Shown piece after piece: positions 37,666-49,298 of a stretch of DNA of 64,000 nucleotides. The translations under genes were made by a program, and so were the position numbers. Within the stretch, counting starts at the first letter, position 1, and every line of letters starts with the position of its first letter. Origin of the DNA: an archaeon. Lineage in GTDB: Archaea > Undinarchaeota > CAZHTU01 > JBDRCC01. The stretch covers positions 16,578 through 80,577 of the forward strand of contig JBDRCC010000006.1 in NCBI GenBank assembly GCA_043822065.1, read 5' to 3'. Under the pieces are notes generated by a model. It was not told the DNA's origin. It was given only the letters and a program-made list of their open reading frames with translations, and searched no databases.

Positions 37666-39330
37666 CTATTTTACCTGGTCAATAAAGCCGAGGCTCTCAG
37701 GAAGCGCCTTGCTGAGTATCCTTACTCCTTCCGCGATATTCTCAATCGTCGGCTTGCTGAAGTTTACCCTTGCCGTGTTCTTGTGCGTTTCAGGGTTTAG
37801 CGCGTAAAAGTCCTCACCTGGGACGATTGCCACACGGTTAAGGAACTCTTTGAAATCAGGATTGTCACTCTTCAGGGCGTCGTTCAAGTTCGTCATGTAT
37901 TCCTTGTCCAAAAGCCTCTTGTTGACGACCTCATTGGCGTCAAAGTTGTCCGGTCCCGTAAGCCAGAGGAACATGCCGCCTTCCGGCTTCGTCCACCTGA
38001 AGCCAAACCTCTGGAGCCCGCTCTCCTCCAGCGCGTCAAGCATGGCGTCCCGCTTCCCTTTGTACATCTTTTTTATGTTTTTGATATGCCCGCTGACAAT
38101 GTCTCCTTCCATCAGGAACTCATATGCGAGCCACTGGCTTAGGCTTGAGGAGTGCAGGTCGTAGGACTGCTTAGCCTGGACAAGCTTGTCGACGATGTCT
38201 TTTCTGGCAATCATGCAGCCAAGCCTAATCCCCGGTGCAAAAATCTTAGAGAATGAGCCTAGGTAGACGACAATATCCTCAGTGTCAAACGACTTTATTG
38301 GCGGCAGATATTTGCCTTCATACCGCAGTGAGCCGTACGGGTCGTCCTCGATTATCAACGTCTTATACTTCGACTCAAGCCCCTTGAACTGTGAATTGTG
38401 CTCGCAAACGACTGCATATATCTCCTTTCGGGCGTCGAGGGAAGTTGTAACTCCCGCTGGGTTCTGGAAATTTGGGATAAGGTAAACGAACTTCGGGTGA
38501 TGCTTTTCAAGGACTTTCTTAAGGTCAGACGGCTTAGGGCCATCCATCCCAAGCTCAAGCTCGTGGAACTTTGAAGTATGCATCCTGAACGGCCCAAGGG
38601 CGCCAGTGTATGTCGGCGCCTCGACCACAATCGAGTCCCATTTGTTGACAAGTATGTGCGCAAGCCCGAAAAGCGCCTGCTGGGAGCCTGCAGTAATCAT
38701 GATGTTGTGCGGCGTCTGGTCCTTTATCTTAAGCGTCTTTTCCGCAACTTCCAGCGTCTTCAGCCTGAGCTCCTCAAGCCCTGATGTCTCGTCGTACTGG
38801 AGCGCCCGCCTCGCCTTTGCAAAGTCGTTCTGCTTCAGTAGTATCTTATCGTTTAGGAGAGAGCCTATGACCTCAATCGGGAAGGACTTCGGGTCGGGGA
38901 TGCCGCCTGCGAAGGAGATTATGTCCTTTTCCTTCAGGACTGCCAAAAGCTGCCTTATCACGCTTGACCTCATGTTCTGGGCGGTCACGGAAAACAGCGA
39001 GTTGAAGTTTATGCTCTCTATGTTCGGGACGAACATGTCGACAATGCTCCTGTCGAATGGCCTCCAGCCATCTATCTCCTTCTTCTGCTCTAGTTTGTTG
39101 AAATGGCCCCTAATGAACTGCTTTATCTCCTCCTCGGTCATTGGATTGGTCAGGTCCAGGAAAAACCTGTCGCCCGCGCCAAAATCCTGCACCCAGTACT
39201 TCTCAAAGATTTCCCAGCTTTTCGTCAGCTCTAGTATGCGCTCTAGGACATGGTACGGGTGCCTGTCGTCTGCACGGTCAACATGGAAATAAACCTCAAT
39301 CGTCTTGAATTTCGGTGCGTCTCTCGCCAT
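37666..39330 (-). CDS. Class I PLP aminotransferase (LysN/ARO8 type) with an N-terminal extension of about 110 aa
   Basis: ISFAGGIPD, GSQQAL, PNFQNPAG, EDDPY, GSFSKIFAPGIRLG. Confidence 0.9.
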   Translation of the reverse strand: MARDAPKFKTIEVYFHVDRADDRHPYHVLERILELTKSWEIFEKYWVQDFGAGDRFFLDLTNPMTEEEIKQFIRGHFNKLEQKKEIDGWRPFDRSIVDMFVPNIESINFNSLFSVTAQNMRSSVIRQLLAVLKEKDIISFAGGIPDPKSFPIEVIGSLLNDKILLKQNDFAKARRALQYDETSGLEELRLKTLEVAEKTLKIKDQTPHNIMITAGSQQALFGLAHILVNKWDSIVVEAPTYTGALGPFRMHTSKFHELELGMDGPKPSDLKKVLEKHHPKFVYLIPNFQNPAGVTTSLDARKEIYAVVCEHNSQFKGLESKYKTLIIEDDPYGSLRYEGKYLPPIKSFDTEDIVVYLGSFSKIFAPGIRLGCMIARKDIVDKLVQAKQSYDLHSSSLSQWLAYEFLMEGDIVSGHIKNIKKMYKGKRDAMLDALEESGLQRFGFRWTKPEGGMFLWLTGPDNFDANEVVNKRLLDKEYMTNLNDALKSDNPDFKEFLNRVAIVPGEDFYALNPETHKNTARVNFSKPTIENIAEGVRILSKALPESLGFIDQVK

Positions 39331-39409
39331 CGCTCTAATATTTGCACTCCTCTTATTTAAATCCTTCTACCAGGATATGTTTTTATAATTCTGCCGCCTT
39401 AGTACTACC

Positions 39410-40156
39410 ATGGAAATCAAAAAGCAGTTCGAGCCGGCATACACCTCCGTTACAGTATCACTCGCCGAAGGCGAGTCAATACGCGCCGAAGGCGGCGCCA
39501 TGATGTCCCATTCGCCCCACGTAAAGATGGAGACCCAGATGCGGGACAAGTCCGTGCTGAAGTCCCTCAAGGTAATGGTCCTCGGGGCGGAGACCTTTTT
39601 CCTAAACAAGTTTACCGCCACAAATGGCCCTGGCGACGTCACCCTTGCGCCTGCCTTCCCTGGCGATATCACTACAATCGACCTCAATGGGAACGGCTAT
39701 ATCATCCAGTCCGGCTCCTACATGGCAAGCGAAAATGGCGTCGACATCGACACCAAATGGCAGGGGCTGAAGGGAATCCTTGCCGAAGGCGACCTTTTCT
39801 TCCTGCACGCTACCGGAAACGGAAATGTTCTCATCGCTTCCTTTGGCGGCATGGAGGCTTTCCAGCTAAACAAAGGCGAGGAGTACATCGTCGACAGCGG
39901 GCACCTCGTCGCTTTTGAGGACTCGATACAGTACGACGTCGAACTCGTCAAAGGGTTAAAATCAATAGCATTCTCCGGCGAGGGGCTAATCTGCAGGATG
40001 CGGGGGCCCGGCTGGGTAATTACCCAGTCCAGGTCTGTCGGCTCGTTCATCTCCTGGCTGATGCCATACCTGCCAAAGCAGTCCACAAAAATGAACGAGC
40101 GGGGCGATGCGGCCGCGCTTGCCGGAAGCATGATCGGCAGGCGGATGGGGATATAG
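39410..40156 (+). CDS. AIM24/TIGR00266 family protein
   Basis: AEGGAM, LAPAFPG, VDSGHLVAF, SGEGL...GPG. Confidence 0.88.
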   Translation: MEIKKQFEPAYTSVTVSLAEGESIRAEGGAMMSHSPHVKMETQMRDKSVLKSLKVMVLGAETFFLNKFTATNGPGDVTLAPAFPGDITTIDLNGNGYIIQSGSYMASENGVDIDTKWQGLKGILAEGDLFFLHATGNGNVLIASFGGMEAFQLNKGEEYIVDSGHLVAFEDSIQYDVELVKGLKSIAFSGEGLICRMRGPGWVITQSRSVGSFISWLMPYLPKQSTKMNERGDAAALAGSMIGRRMGI

Positions 40157-40170
40157 CACGGATAGTTGCA

Positions 40171-42360
40171 ATGGGTTCGAAGATTGTAAAGGGCGCAATT
40201 TCGGCTGGAAGTGAATACCTCAGCGAGGCAGAGGGATACCAACTTCTGAAGGAGTATGGCATTAAATTCCCCCCGTATGGCCTGGCCAAGAGCGATGCGG
40301 AGGCAGTCCGCATAGCAAAAAGGCTCGGCTTCCCCGTGGTCATGAAGGTTGCGTCCCCTCAGCTGCTTCACAAGGCAGAGATAGGGGGGGTAGCCCTTGG
40401 TCTGGACTCAGAACGAGAGGCGAGGCTTGCCTTTAAATCGCTCATGAAAAGAGCCAGAGAATGGGCTGGAAAGAGAAAGGGCAGGACGATTGAAGGCATT
40501 TTGGTCCAGAAGCAGTGCGCAGGCTACTCCCTCCCCCTCCTGGTGGGTGCCGTGACCGACCTGGTGATGGGAAAGGCGCTTGCACTGAGCATCGGCGGGG
40601 ATGCTGCTGATGTCTACACGAAGGACTTCGGCGACATTCAGTTCAGGGTACTTCCTGCGGACGATTCGGAGATACAGAGCATGCGGGAAAGCCTGCATGC
40701 AAAGCGGTTCTTCATGGAGTTCAGGGGAAATCCGAAACGGGATGCCTCAGCCCTCGACCAGACCCTCAAGAAGCTTTCAAGGATGGTCCTCGAGAATCCG
40801 GAGATAGAAAACATCGAGCTGAACCCCCTTCTGCTTTTTGGCAAGGCGGCTGCCGCAGTTGATGTCGTGACAGTTCTCAGGCGCAGGGTGAAAAAGCCAG
40901 AGGCGGGCAGGAAGCGCTGCCTTGATGCGCTCGCGCTTCTCAACAGGGATTCAAAGATAGGCATCGTTGGCTCCTTTTCCCAGGAGCCGGACCAGTCAGG
41001 AAAGCCGAAGGGCAGGTACGCGAGGATGGTAGTTGACAACCTCATTGCACTCGGCTACAAGGGGATAGTTCCCGTCTGGTTCAATGCTGGGGATGGGGAG
41101 AGGTACCGCGGATTCGAGTACTGCAAAAACGCGTCAGACACCAAGCTTGACATTGCAATAATCGTTGTTTCTGCGAAAAAAGTTGCTGGCGTCTTTGATG
41201 AATGCGTGAAATCCGGCGCCAAGCTCGTCGTTATCCAGTCCGCAGGCTTTGCAGAGACCGGGCCCATCGGGAGACGGGCGGAGGAGGAAATCCTGAAAAC
41301 GGCAAAGGCCGCTGGCGTCGCCGTCATGGGCCCGAACTGCCTTGGAATATTCGCCCCGAAATCAAAAATAGACACTATGTTCACTGACAAGATTTATGCT
41401 GGGCGGGCCAGGGGGGGCTTTTCGCTCATCTCCCAGAGCGGCGGCGTCGGGACCTCAATAATAGATGAGCTCTCCAAGAGGAGGCTGGGGGTGAGCCACG
41501 CCTTCTGCTACGGCAATGCCATGGACATAAACGAGACAGACCTCCTGGAGTACCTTGTGAACGACAGCGGCACGAAGATTCTTGCAATATACCTTGAGCA
41601 GATACGGGGAAAGCCAGAGCGGTTCAAAGCCTGCGTAAAAAAGCTCATGAAGAGAAGGGTCCCCATCGTCGTCCTCACCCCAAGCGTAAGCGAGAGGGGG
41701 GCGGCTGAGATAAGTACCCACACCGGCTCGGTCGCAGGGCGCGGAAAAATCCTGGAAGACTTCCTCAGGCACCAGTGCGGTGCGGTCCTCGCGGCTGACA
41801 TAGAAGACCTCTTCCAGGCGAGCTACTCCCTCCACCTGAACAACAAGCACTGCGGCCTTATGAAGGGGAACAGGGTCGCGCTTGTGAGCAATGCGGGCTC
41901 GGACAAGACGCTCATATCCATGAACCTTGAGAAGAACGGCCTCGCCCAGGCAAGGTTCTCGGCGGCGCAGAGGGAAGAGTTCTTCAGCCTGATAACGGGG
42001 AGCGAGATAGACGGCATAGCAACGGTCGACGAAGAGAACAACATAGTCCTTGACCTGACGGGGAGCGTCCAGAAGGGCACCTTCAACAAGGCGCTCGAGT
42101 TCGTCTTCTCGTGCAAAAATGTGGACGCTGTCGCCATGGGCGCCGCCATAAACACGGGCATAGAGTGGGAGGAGCTCGCCAAGAAGGCCTACCAGCTGAG
42201 GGAGAAGTACAGGAAGCCCGTCGTCTACCTCGAGTGGTTTGAGAACTCGGAGATTATCCGGAGCAAGTATGAAATCCCCGCTGGAAGGAGCCACGAGCGG
42301 TGCACGCGGGACCTAAAGAACTTCTTCGAGTTTTCAAAAGGCGCGAGGCAAGTTTTATAA
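40171..42360 (+). CDS. ADP-forming acyl-CoA synthetase, beta-alpha fusion
   Basis: N-terminal ATP-grasp (LHKAEIGGV, ELNPL); CoA-binding domain (SAGFAETG, GPNCLG, ISQSGG, STHTGS phospho-His). Confidence 0.88.
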   Translation: MGSKIVKGAISAGSEYLSEAEGYQLLKEYGIKFPPYGLAKSDAEAVRIAKRLGFPVVMKVASPQLLHKAEIGGVALGLDSEREARLAFKSLMKRAREWAGKRKGRTIEGILVQKQCAGYSLPLLVGAVTDLVMGKALALSIGGDAADVYTKDFGDIQFRVLPADDSEIQSMRESLHAKRFFMEFRGNPKRDASALDQTLKKLSRMVLENPEIENIELNPLLLFGKAAAAVDVVTVLRRRVKKPEAGRKRCLDALALLNRDSKIGIVGSFSQEPDQSGKPKGRYARMVVDNLIALGYKGIVPVWFNAGDGERYRGFEYCKNASDTKLDIAIIVVSAKKVAGVFDECVKSGAKLVVIQSAGFAETGPIGRRAEEEILKTAKAAGVAVMGPNCLGIFAPKSKIDTMFTDKIYAGRARGGFSLISQSGGVGTSIIDELSKRRLGVSHAFCYGNAMDINETDLLEYLVNDSGTKILAIYLEQIRGKPERFKACVKKLMKRRVPIVVLTPSVSERGAAEISTHTGSVAGRGKILEDFLRHQCGAVLAADIEDLFQASYSLHLNNKHCGLMKGNRVALVSNAGSDKTLISMNLEKNGLAQARFSAAQREEFFSLITGSEIDGIATVDEENNIVLDLTGSVQKGTFNKALEFVFSCKNVDAVAMGAAINTGIEWEELAKKAYQLREKYRKPVVYLEWFENSEIIRSKYEIPAGRSHERCTRDLKNFFEFSKGARQVL

Positions 42361-42382
42361 CGTTCCAGGACATTTGTCGCGT

Positions 42383-42583
42383 ATGGCAGTTAAGATAGAG
42401 CGGGACAGGTGCAAAGGGTGCGGCCTGTGCATCCATTTCTGCCCAGTAAAGATACTAAAGCGGTCGGGCAGGCTCAACAAGCGCGGGCAGTACCCAGCCG
42501 AGATAACCGACCAGAAGAAGTGCATCTCCTGCAAGATGTGCGCAATCATCTGCCCTGACACCGCAATAGAGGTGTTCAAATGA
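42383..42583 (+). CDS. 2x[4Fe-4S] ferredoxin, delta subunit of 2-oxoacid:ferredoxin oxidoreductase
   Basis: CKGCGLCIHFCP and CISCKMCAIICP. Confidence 0.9.
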   Translation: MAVKIERDRCKGCGLCIHFCPVKILKRSGRLNKRGQYPAEITDQKKCISCKMCAIICPDTAIEVFK

Positions 42584-43610
42584 AGGGGCTCATGGCTGGG
42601 AATGAGGCACTGGCGGAAGCCGCAATCCGCGCAGGCTGCAAGTTTTACTTCGGCTACCCCATAACCCCCCAGAGCGAAATCCCAGAATACCTCGCGAAGA
42701 ACTTCCAGAAGCGCGGCGGCCACTTTCTCCAGACTGAGAGCGAGGTCGCAACAATAAACATGGTGATGGGCGCTTCAGCCGCCGGCGCCAGGGCCATGAC
42801 GTCTTCCTCAAGCCCGGGCATAAGCCTGATGCAGGAGGGGATTTCCTACATGGTCGGCTGTGAGCTCCCTGCAGTCATTGTTGATGTGATGCGGGGGGGA
42901 CCTGGCCTCGGGAACATCGCCCCTGCCCAGGGCGACTACTTCCAGATGGTCAAGGGCGGCGGCCACGGCGACTACAACCTAATAGTCCTTGCCCCGAACT
43001 CGGTCCAGGAAATGGCAGACCTTACCCACCTTGCATTCGACCTTGCGGACAAGTACCGCAACCCGGCGGTGATACTCGCAGACGGCCTTCTCGGCCAGAT
43101 GATTGAGCCGGTCACCTTCAAAAAACACACCAAGAAAAAAGCCAGGAAGCCCTGGGCGCTCACCGGCGCAAAAAGCCGCAAGCCAAACATCATAAACTCC
43201 CTCTACCTCGCGCCCGAAGGCCTTGAGGCCCACAACAAGGACCTCCAGAAAAAATTCAAATCCATGAGGACGGAAGCCCGCTACGAATCATTCAGGGCAG
43301 ATGATGCCGACATCATCCTCGTCGCCTACGGCACCTGCTCCCGCTTAGCCAAGACCGTCGTCGAGGACGGCAGAAAAGAGGGGTTAAAGCTCGGTCTCAT
43401 CCGCCCCATAACCCTCTGGCCATTCCCTTCGGAGGCAATCAGAAAAGCGGCAGGGAGGGCAAGGGCGCTTCTTGTCGTCGAGCTGAGTGCGGGGCAGATG
43501 GTTGAGGACGTCCGCCTGGCAGTCAACGGAAAGAAGCCAGTCCACTTTTTCGGCAGGATGGGCGGGATGGTGCCTTTCCCCGAAGACATACTCAAGGAGG
43601 CCAAAAAGAT

Positions 43611-43614
<4 letters not shown>
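42580..43614 (+). CDS. vorB: 2-oxoacid:ferredoxin oxidoreductase alpha subunit (VorB type)
   Basis: [33 protein letters not shown]. Confidence 0.88.
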
Positions 43615-44337
<723 letters not shown>

Positions 44338-44345
<8 letters not shown>

Positions 44346-44874
44346 GCAGAAGGTTGTCGTCGCCGGCTTCGGAGGTCAGGGCATCCTCCTCATCGGCCGC
44401 CTCCTCGCCCGCGCCGCCATGCTCGAGGGGCATCACATAACCTGGATATCGTCTTACGGTCCTGAAATGCGCGGGGGGACTGCAAACTGCTCCGTCGTGA
44501 TATCCAGAAAGGAGATAGGCTCCCCCCTCGTCCCGAACCCGGACGCTGCAATCGTCATGAACCTGCCTTCCTTCGACAAGTTCGCGCCGTGCGTCAAAAG
44601 AGGAGGCATCCTTCTCATCGACGGCTCCCTCGTCACGAGGAAGTCCCCTCGGAAGGACATCTCCCAGTTCACGGTAAACGCAAACGACATCGCAAAAGGG
44701 CTCGGCGACCCGATTGCCGCAAACATGGTCATGCTTGGCGCCTACCTCAAGCTGACAAAGGCGGTCTCTTTAAGCAGCGTCATGAAGGCGATGAAGGAGA
44801 TGCTCCCGCCCCACCGCCAGAAGCTAATCCCGCTCAACAAAAAAGCAGTCGAAGCTGGCATGGGCGCCGTCTAA
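44338..44874 (+). CDS. 2-oxoacid:ferredoxin oxidoreductase gamma subunit
   Basis: [24 protein letters not shown]. Confidence 0.92.
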
Positions 44875-46109
44875 CCCTCCGCCAGGACCTCGGACAGTAT
44901 CCGTATCCCCTCTTCTATCTCCCCAACCGTCGGCTTGCTGAAGTTTATCCGCATGGTGTTCCTCTTGGGGTTCTCCGCGTAGAACCCGTCGCCTGGCACG
45001 TATGCAACCCTCCGGTCATACCCTTTGGACTTCATGTATTTCTTGTCCAGCAGCCTTTCCTCAAGGGTCTTCCTGGCGTCAAAACCCTCTGGCCCGGTCA
45101 TCCACAGGAACATCCCGCCGTCAGGCCTGGTCCACGTAAACCCGCTATCCTCCGGGAACTCCCGCTCAAGCGCGTCCAGCATGGACAGCATCTTTTTCTT
45201 GTAGAATTCCACAGTTGCCTTAATGTGCCCCGGCATATCCCCCCGCTCTAGGTACTTCCATATCAGCCACTGGCCAAGGGAGTTCGTCTGCAGGTCGTAC
45301 GACTGCTTTGCAAGCGTGAACTTGGACACTATGTCCTCCCGCGCAATCATGAACCCGACCCTCGTCCCGGGCGTAAAAACCTTGGAAAACGACCCCAGGT
45401 GCATCACCCTCTCCTCGTCATCGAAAGACTTTATCGACGGGATGTCCTTCCCCCTGTACCTGAGCCTCCAGTAAGGGTCGTCCTCCAGTATGAGGAAGTC
45501 GTGCTCGCATGCCAGCTCGTAAATCTGCTTCCTCTTTTTCAGGGACGTCGTTACTCCAGACGGGTTCTCGAAATTTGGGATTATGTACAGGAACTTGGGC
45601 CGCACGCCGCTCTCCAGGTGCCCCTTTAATTCTTCAATCTTCATCCCATCCTGCTCAAGCTCCACGGTGGCAAACTTCCCCCTGCGCATCCTAACCGGCC
45701 CTATCAGCCCCAGGTAGGTCGGAGAGCCTACTACAACCGCGTCCCCCGGGTTTATGAACATGTCCGCCGCAGCGTAAAGCGCCTGCTGGGAGCCGCTGGT
45801 CAACAGGATGTTCTTCACATCCGCGCGTATGCCTATCTCGCCGACATACTCGACGAGCTCCTTCCTGAAGCCAGGAATCCCCTCGGTCGGCCTGTACTGG
45901 AAGGCTTCCTCAAACATCCTGTCATCCGCAACCATCTCATCAAAAATGCTCACGAGCTCCTTCCGCGGGAAAGTCAACGGGTCCGGTATCCCGCCAGCAA
46001 AAGAAATGACGTCCGGCTCAGTCAAAATCTTCAAAAGCTCGCGGACGTCGCTGGCTTTGACCCCCCCTGCGGCGTCGGAAAAAAACTTTGACATGTCAGG
46101 CTTCTTCAT
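44871..46109 (-). CDS. Class I PLP aminotransferase (LysN/ARO8 type), paralog of 37666-39330
   Basis: ISFAGGIPD, GSQQAL, EDDPY, GSFSK; shares the RLLDKxYM insert. Confidence 0.92.
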   Translation of the reverse strand: MKKPDMSKFFSDAAGGVKASDVRELLKILTEPDVISFAGGIPDPLTFPRKELVSIFDEMVADDRMFEEAFQYRPTEGIPGFRKELVEYVGEIGIRADVKNILLTSGSQQALYAAADMFINPGDAVVVGSPTYLGLIGPVRMRRGKFATVELEQDGMKIEELKGHLESGVRPKFLYIIPNFENPSGVTTSLKKRKQIYELACEHDFLILEDDPYWRLRYRGKDIPSIKSFDDEERVMHLGSFSKVFTPGTRVGFMIAREDIVSKFTLAKQSYDLQTNSLGQWLIWKYLERGDMPGHIKATVEFYKKKMLSMLDALEREFPEDSGFTWTRPDGGMFLWMTGPEGFDARKTLEERLLDKKYMKSKGYDRRVAYVPGDGFYAENPKRNTMRINFSKPTVGEIEEGIRILSEVLAEG

Positions 46110-46198
46110 GCCAGATATAACGTCCAGCCGCTATAAAAACTTTAGAATACGGTTACCGGCAAGGGAGCTCGCTGTCCGGAGGAAGAATGGGGATCTAA

Positions 46199-46726
46199 TC
46201 AGATTTCAACTTCAGTCTCAAAGAACAGGCTGTCTTCCTTGCCCCTGCGCGCCTCGAGGTCGGAATATGAATACTTCCTGTCAGGTGTCTGGTCCAAGCT
46301 GAGCAGAAGGTGGAGGTCCTCCTGGTGCTTCCCCCTGAACCTCTTGTTGAACTGTTCGACCAAATCCTCCACTGCCTTCTCAAGTGTGCGGCGGTTGAGC
46401 TTGTCCGGCTTTATCGCCTCGTTTATCTGGTAGTTGAGCAGCGGCACTATCTGGCGCCTGTCATCCAAGTCGATGACCCGCACGCCAACCCTGCCGTCCG
46501 CGGGCCTGAAGACTCCGTCGTCGCCCCTCACAGCCACCATCGATATCACCTTGGGTATGGTCGGGACGACCGCCTCGGCGATAATCCTGCCCGATTCATC
46601 GAACGCCCAAAAAACGATGTGCGGCTTCAGGCTTATGGACGTGTCCTTGGGCTTGTTTTTCTCCCACCACGTCTGCGTGAAGAGGATTTTGCCGTGGAGG
46701 CAGGCTATTCTTATTTTCATGCGCAT
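46199..46726 (-). CDS. Hypothetical protein
   Basis: 175-aa ORF filling the gap, TATA-like sequence upstream; no motif recognised. Confidence 0.55.
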   Translation of the reverse strand: MRMKIRIACLHGKILFTQTWWEKNKPKDTSISLKPHIVFWAFDESGRIIAEAVVPTIPKVISMVAVRGDDGVFRPADGRVGVRVIDLDDRRQIVPLLNYQINEAIKPDKLNRRTLEKAVEDLVEQFNKRFRGKHQEDLHLLLSLDQTPDRKYSYSDLEARRGKEDSLFFETEVEI

Positions 46727-46780
46727 TGCTATTGGTCGAAGGGATAAATAACCCTTTTGGCGGGCGGAGAAGGCATAGGG

Positions 46781-47179
46781 CTATAAAAGCTTAGCCTCAA
46801 CCCTTGCCGCAAGCCCCTTGGAAACCAGGCCTTTCCTTATTTCTGCGAGCGGATGCTTGCACTTCGAAACGTCTGCCACAACCTCCCAGCGGGCCGTCTT
46901 AGTCCGCCTGGTCGACTTCGACTGCGTCCTGACGAGGTCGACACCCTCATTGAACAGGTACGTAGCTGCTTTCGATAGGGCTCCCGGCTTGTCGGAGAAC
47001 TCAATAACTAACTTGACCAACTTCTTACCCGCTTCAGCAACCGGGTGGACGACTATGCTCTCGCCGTCTTCCGAAAGGCCGACCATCACGCGGTCGCCTT
47101 CCTTAAGGTCTAGCTCCTCGCGGATGGAATTCGGTATCACAAGCCTTCCCCGCGTGTCAAGCCGGATGACGGAAGCCAT
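46781..47179 (-). CDS. AbrB/MazE DNA-binding domain fused to an ACT domain
   Basis: RLDTRGRLVIPNSIREELDLKEGD; DKPGALSK. Confidence 0.85.
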   Translation of the reverse strand: MASVIRLDTRGRLVIPNSIREELDLKEGDRVMVGLSEDGESIVVHPVAEAGKKLVKLVIEFSDKPGALSKAATYLFNEGVDLVRTQSKSTRRTKTARWEVVADVSKCKHPLAEIRKGLVSKGLAARVEAKLL

Positions 47180-47254
47180 GCTCCCACTTAATTCCCGCAA
47201 GTTTATAATCGTTCTCCAAAAAGATTTATAAACTCCGAAACCCGCCAGCAATTC

Positions 47255-47671
47255 ATGGAAAAGCTATACATCGACACAAATGTCTATGTTTCTTATCTCG
47301 AAGGGGAGTTCGGCGGCATAACTAAAAATCTCGGCCTCTACTCGGAGCAGCTTTTTAAGAGGGCATTCTCATGCGAATTCGTCATCGTCGCATCAGAAAT
47401 GGTGGTGAAAGAGCTGCTTGGCGTAATAGACGACAAGAACGCAGTTTCAGAAATCTTTGCAGAACTCCATAAAGCAGGAAAGCTGGAATGGGTTTTTGAA
47501 ACAGAGAAGATGGCAAGAGATGCGAATAGGATTGCGGCTTTGTACGCTTCACACCCGAGCGATGCACTTCATTCGCTTCTTGCAAAAAAGGCTGGCGTGC
47601 CGCTCATAACCTGGAACATAAAAGACTTCGCCAACCTAAACCTTGCTGTCTATAGCCCCGCGTCCATTTAG
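47255..47671 (+). CDS. PIN-domain (VapC-like) nuclease
   Basis: YIDTNV, E, DALH, LITWNIKDF. Confidence 0.87.
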   Translation: MEKLYIDTNVYVSYLEGEFGGITKNLGLYSEQLFKRAFSCEFVIVASEMVVKELLGVIDDKNAVSEIFAELHKAGKLEWVFETEKMARDANRIAALYASHPSDALHSLLAKKAGVPLITWNIKDFANLNLAVYSPASI

Positions 47672-47928
47672 TCTAGCTTGTAGCCCTTTTCCTCACAGTA
47701 CTCCTTCCAGATCTTGTCCTTAAGGGCTTTGTCCAGCGGCTTTGTTTTTCCGGTGAATGCCCCCCTGTACTTCAGGATGCCCTGCAGGCACGAGTCCCTG
47801 ATGGCTTCGGACCTGTTTGCATAAATCCCGTCGGCGACCATCCTGTCGAACTCGTCGAGCTGCCTCTTCGTGAACCTCACGCCGACAATCTCAGTCCGGT
47901 TGGCCTCGGTGACATTTTTCTGCGGCAT
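47668..47928 (-). CDS. Ribbon-helix-helix (CopG) protein
   Basis: IVGVRF...DRMVADGIYANRSEAIRD; ACACTTGT direct repeat upstream. Confidence 0.85.
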   Translation of the reverse strand: MPQKNVTEANRTEIVGVRFTKRQLDEFDRMVADGIYANRSEAIRDSCLQGILKYRGAFTGKTKPLDKALKDKIWKEYCEEKGYKLD

Positions 47929-47967
47929 AATACACTTGTATAACACTTGTTATATAAGGATTTCGGT

Positions 47968-48546
47968 CTACTTCCGCCTCTCCCTGAGCTCTTTTCGGAC
48001 TTCCTTCCATTCAATGCCCCTGTTTCCCAGCGCCACCATGCAGAAGAAAATGACGTCAGCGACTTCGTGCACCAGGTTCCCGTCCGGCTCCCCCTTGAGA
48101 GCCTTTACGACCTCTTCCGCCTCCTCCATTATTTTCTCTGCGATTTTCGCTTTGTCACCGATGATTTCTGCAACATAGCTGCCCTTGGGCTTGTCCCTCT
48201 TCCGCTGGGCGATGACGTCCATCACTTCCGCGAAGATGTCTTCCTGGTTTCCTTCGCCCCAGACCTTGGTGAAGCAGGTCTCAGTCCCCTTGTGGCACGC
48301 CGGCCCTGCTGGCTTGACCAAATACATCAGCGCGTCCCTGTCGCAGTCCTCGTATATTGCCTTGAGCTCCATGGTGTTGCCTGACTCCTCGCCCTTCATC
48401 CAGAGCTTTTTCCTGCCCCTTGACCAGAACCATGCCTTCTTTGTCTCTTTGGATTTTTTGAGGGCTTCCTGGTTGGCATAGGCGAGCATGAGCACCTTGC
48501 CCGAATCTGCGTCCTTGACAACCACAGGTTTCAGTTCATCCTTCAT
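47968..48546 (-). CDS. hisIE: Bifunctional PR-AMP cyclohydrolase / PR-ATP pyrophosphatase
   Basis: [24 protein letters not shown]; [13 protein letters not shown]. Confidence 0.93.
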   Translation of the reverse strand: MKDELKPVVVKDADSGKVLMLAYANQEALKKSKETKKAWFWSRGRKKLWMKGEESGNTMELKAIYEDCDRDALMYLVKPAGPACHKGTETCFTKVWGEGNQEDIFAEVMDVIAQRKRDKPKGSYVAEIIGDKAKIAEKIMEEAEEVVKALKGEPDGNLVHEVADVIFFCMVALGNRGIEWKEVRKELRERRK

Positions 48547-49298
48547 CTCACTTCAACCCCCCTTTCTCTCAGGTACTTCTTCACATCAGCCACTTCGTAC
48601 TCTCCAAAGTGGAATATGCTCGCCGCAAGCGCAGCATCCGCCTTTCCCTCCGTCAGGGCATTGAAGATGGCGTCCAGGCTCCCCGCGCCGCCAGAGGCGA
48701 TTATCGGGATGTTGACTGCTTCCGCAATCGCCCGCGTCAGCCCGATGTCATAGCCTTTCTTTGTCCCGTCCGCGTCCCAGGAGGTCAGCAGTATCTCCCC
48801 TGCGCCGAGCCTCTCGGCTTCCTTCGCCCATTCAATGGCGTCCCTGCCAGTCGGCTCCCTCCCGCCGTTGACCAGGACCTCCCAGGAGGCGCCTTTTTTC
48901 CTGGCGTCGATTGCCAGGACGACGCACTGGCTCCCGAACCTCTTGGACGCTTGGCGGATTAGCTCAGGGTTCTTCACAGCTGCAGTGTTTATCGAGACCT
49001 TGTCCGCGCCATTCTTCAGGAGCCTCTCCATGTCTTCGACCTTCCTGATCCCCCCTCCGACCGTGAGCGGGATGAGGGCTTCGGACGCGGCTCTCCTGAC
49101 GACGCCGACCATGGTCTCGCGGTTCTCCGGCGAGGCACCTATGTCCAGGAAGACGATTTCATCCGCCCCCTGCCTGCCGTACTCCTTGGCCAGCTCGACG
49201 GGGTCCCCGCTGTCGCGAAGATTCTGGAATTTCACACCCTTCACAACCCTTCCGTCTAGAACGTCAAGGCACGGGATTATCCGCTTCGCCAGCATCAC
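48543..49298 (-). CDS. hisF: IGP synthase cyclase subunit
   Basis: [32 protein letters not shown]. Confidence 0.96.
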   Translation of the reverse strand: MMLAKRIIPCLDVLDGRVVKGVKFQNLRDSGDPVELAKEYGRQGADEIVFLDIGASPENRETMVGVVRRAASEALIPLTVGGGIRKVEDMERLLKNGADKVSINTAAVKNPELIRQASKRFGSQCVVLAIDARKKGASWEVLVNGGREPTGRDAIEWAKEAERLGAGEILLTSWDADGTKKGYDIGLTRAIAEAVNIPIIASGGAGSLDAIFNALTEGKADAALAASIFHFGEYEVADVKKYLRERGVEVR

